Source of the DNA: Promethearchaeota archaeon
GTDB lineage: Archaea; Asgardarchaeota; Lokiarchaeia; Sigyniarchaeales; SOKP01
NCBI GenBank assembly: GCA_019057795.1
Contig: JAHLWS010000030.1
Location: 39,524-103,523, forward strand
Length of the DNA stretch: 64,000 nt
Direction of reading: 5' to 3'
The translations under genes and the position numbers were made by a program. Of this stretch, positions 61,565-64,000 are shown piece after piece; position 1 is the first letter of the stretch; each line of letters starts with the position of its first letter. Under the pieces are notes generated by a model, which did no database searches, was not told the DNA's origin, and saw only the letters and a list, made by a program, of their open reading frames with translations.

Positions 61565-63226
61565 ATGCTTTATACTATTATGAAGAAATTGAAAGGGGAT
61601 GAGGTAACAAATAAAGAATACTTAAATTTTACTCATGGTACAGCCTATTCCCTTCTTAATTATTATTCGATTTTTATCTTTCAGATAATCATTTCAGTTT
61701 TATTAGCAAGGTTACTCTCCCAAGAATTATGGGGTTTTTTAATATTGGCAACATCAATAATTGCGATTGTTCTTATTGTATTAAGGATGTTTCCTCCCTC
61801 ATTAGATCTAACTGTAATTTATTATATTCCAAAATATAAGATCCAAGAACAAAATTCGGAGTTAAGATCTTTTATTAAGAATTCAGTCATTTTAAAATTA
61901 CTTTTTACTATTCCTGTTTTTATTATTTGTATTTTTTTATTTTATTTTCTCTCATTTTTTTTTGAAATAAGTTTAAACTCGTATACGGATTTACTCTTAA
62001 TTCTTTCTCCTTTAATAATTATCACTGGTTTGGAATTAGTATTAAATTCAATTTACCGTGGTTTTAATAGGTTTAAAACTATATTTGAATTAACTTTAAT
62101 AAAATACATATTTTATATAAGTTCTCTAATTTTTCTAATTTTATTTAAAGAAAGCTCAACAGTCCAAGAGATTGCTCTTATAAATCTGATCACATCAGGA
62201 TTACCTTTTTTAATTAATTGTATTATTTTTTCCAGGCTTTACAAAGGTTTAGGACCAAAAAAGGAGTTTGAAACACCATTAAAAAGAACTTTATCGGAAA
62301 CTACGAAGCGAGGGACCCCTTTAGGTACTGCTATTGTAATAAATGAATTTTGGAAGGAAGTAGAATTTCAATCAATCGGGCTGTATGAATCTGGTTATGT
62401 AACAGGTTTCAATCTATCAAAATATTTTTCTCAAATTTCTTTAAATATCATGGCTTCTATTTCTGCACCTTTATTTACGTCTTTGGCAAATCTTAATGCC
62501 AAACAAAATTATGAGCAAATAAATAAAATATTTAATTACACATTTAAATATTCTTTATTTTTCTTACTTTTAATTTCGGGGGTTTTATTCTTTACAGCTG
62601 AATTTTTTCTTGATTTCCTTTACGGAGAAACATTTTTAATCTATACAGATGTAGTTAAACTTTATTTAATTTCTATCATTTTTGTAGTTCTAGGAAATAT
62701 ATTAGTACCTCTCTTAAATGTAAAGAATAAAGTTAACATAATACCTTTTTTAACTCTTTCTTATACAATAATAATCGCTCCATGTTTTTTGATTGGTTTA
62801 ATATATTTTGGGATAATAGGAGGGATGTATGGATTAATAATATCGAAATTAATTGTTTTTATCTTGCAAATAATAGTATGTTTTAAAATTGGAGGTGTAA
62901 GAATAAATTTTTCAAAGACTTTTATTCAATATGGGATATTCTTTTGTTCTTTAATAACGAGTATTATATTAGAAACTTTATTTTTTAAGAATTTCAGAAT
63001 CCTTTTTTTGAATAATTTAAATTTGTTAGTTTTTAATAAGTTACAATTTCTCTCATCATGCTGTTTTCTACTAATATATATTATTTTAACACTTTTCTTT
63101 AAAATTTTTTCTTATAAAGAAATTGAATATTTGGAAAATTTATTTTCTGAAGGAACGAAATTTCATTTAATTATCGCAAAGTTTTTAGGGAGCATCAAAA
63201 AAGGATCTAAAAGATTTAGGAATTAG
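61565..63226 (+). CDS. MOP/Wzx-family oligosaccharide flippase
   Basis: 12-14 hydrophobic segments, LLARLLSQELWG motif, glycan-cluster context. Confidence 0.85.
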   Translation: MLYTIMKKLKGDEVTNKEYLNFTHGTAYSLLNYYSIFIFQIIISVLLARLLSQELWGFLILATSIIAIVLIVLRMFPPSLDLTVIYYIPKYKIQEQNSELRSFIKNSVILKLLFTIPVFIICIFLFYFLSFFFEISLNSYTDLLLILSPLIIITGLELVLNSIYRGFNRFKTIFELTLIKYIFYISSLIFLILFKESSTVQEIALINLITSGLPFLINCIIFSRLYKGLGPKKEFETPLKRTLSETTKRGTPLGTAIVINEFWKEVEFQSIGLYESGYVTGFNLSKYFSQISLNIMASISAPLFTSLANLNAKQNYEQINKIFNYTFKYSLFFLLLISGVLFFTAEFFLDFLYGETFLIYTDVVKLYLISIIFVVLGNILVPLLNVKNKVNIIPFLTLSYTIIIAPCFLIGLIYFGIIGGMYGLIISKLIVFILQIIVCFKIGGVRINFSKTFIQYGIFFCSLITSIILETLFFKNFRILFLNNLNLLVFNKLQFLSSCCFLLIYIILTLFFKIFSYKEIEYLENLFSEGTKFHLIIAKFLGSIKKGSKRFRN

Positions 63227-63867
63227 TTATTTTCAAGCAATATTCTTTTACACTTTTCTGAAAAATCTTTAAAATTTCGATTTTTAAATATTATTGTGCC
63301 TTTAGGTCGTTTAGATACATTACTAGCAATTACAGGACAGTTGAAATAAAGTGCTTCTGCAACACTCACGCTATAGCCATCCAACAAAGTTGGTCTCACC
63401 ATTAAATCAGCTCTTTGAAAAAGTGGCCAGATTTCTTTATGACCTGTCATGAAAGTAAAATTCTTCTCTATATTTAGTTCCTTTATTTTCTTTTTCATTT
63501 TTCTAAAATACCAATCATTTTTTTTTTTATCTGCTAAGGCAAAAATGAATCCAATGTTTGGAAAAGACTTTTTAAGTTCATTAGTTAATTCAATACACAT
63601 ATCAATTCCATATAAATCAATATTATTATAAATTCTTATATAACCACCATTTGAAATTATCACAGGACTTCTTTTTTCCACAAAATCAAATAATATTTTG
63701 CTATAAGTATTGAGAATTTGTTTTTCCTCTTCAAGAGGTGGTGGCAAAAAAGCATTTTTAATTTTAATCTTTTCTTCTAAAACTCCGACACTTTTAAGAA
63801 ACTTTTTATATTGAGAATTAACAACCTGAACAAATCTTGCATTTTTAAATGCTTTTTTAAAAAAAAA
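63223..63867 (-). pseudogene. GT4 glycosyltransferase C-terminal part, 5' truncated or frameshifted
   Basis: DLYGID, RPTLLDGYSVSVAEAL..PVIASNV..RP; frame closed upstream by TAG at 63868-63870 next to a T9A6 run. Confidence 0.7.
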
Positions 63868-64000
63868 CTAAATTTTTCACCAACTTTATCGACAAAAGGA
63901 ACTTAAAAATAAGCAACCGCTAAGTTTATATTTGTGAAAAACATAATTATATTTAAGTATGCCAGTATCTGTATCGAAATATTTACCTCGCAATAAAGGA

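Noticed and set aside
5365-63631. Numerous 60-112 aa ORFs antisense to recognised genes (e.g. 16239, 22465, 42251, 59230)
   Set aside because: They overlap well-supported genes on the opposite strand and show no motifs
1-64000. CRISPR arrays, tRNA/rRNA, IS elements, integrases, specific TATA/BRE promoters
   Set aside because: No spaced repeats, GC-rich structured RNA or transposase motifs seen; TATA-like words are too frequent at this AT content to call individually

Overview
A very AT-rich 64 kb window (GC about one quarter by eye) filled almost entirely by one surface-glycan biosynthesis mega-cluster that continues past the right edge. The left edge holds a membrane-anchored NosD/CASH beta-helix glycoprotein gene. 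Protein style, low GC and scrambled gene orientation suggest an archaeon, probably Asgard/Lokiarchaeia-like (inference only, no marker gene present). Contents: a dTDP-L-rhamnose operon (rmlA-C-B-D) with adjacent O-methyltransferases; three NeuB-family nonulosonate synthases, three SpsF-type cytidylyltransferases and three HP-motif GT-B candidate ulosonate transferases; hydrolysing NeuC and non-hydrolysing WecB; two DegT aminotransferases and one class-III aminotransferase; two B12-binding radical SAM enzymes; FemAB-like and PseH-like GNATs; two Thr-type sulfatase-like enzymes; a GT61 and many GT2/GT4; an ABC-2 exporter and a MOP flippase. Reading between the ORFs shows at least nine gene remnants or deletion-fusion scars with no mobile element in sight, including an in-frame permease::oxidoreductase chimera, a collapsed wecB::GT4 duplicate and an inverted ~85%-identical spsF 3' copy. 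Two intact-looking genes appear to lack canonical start codons. No rRNA, tRNA, CRISPR or transposase was seen.
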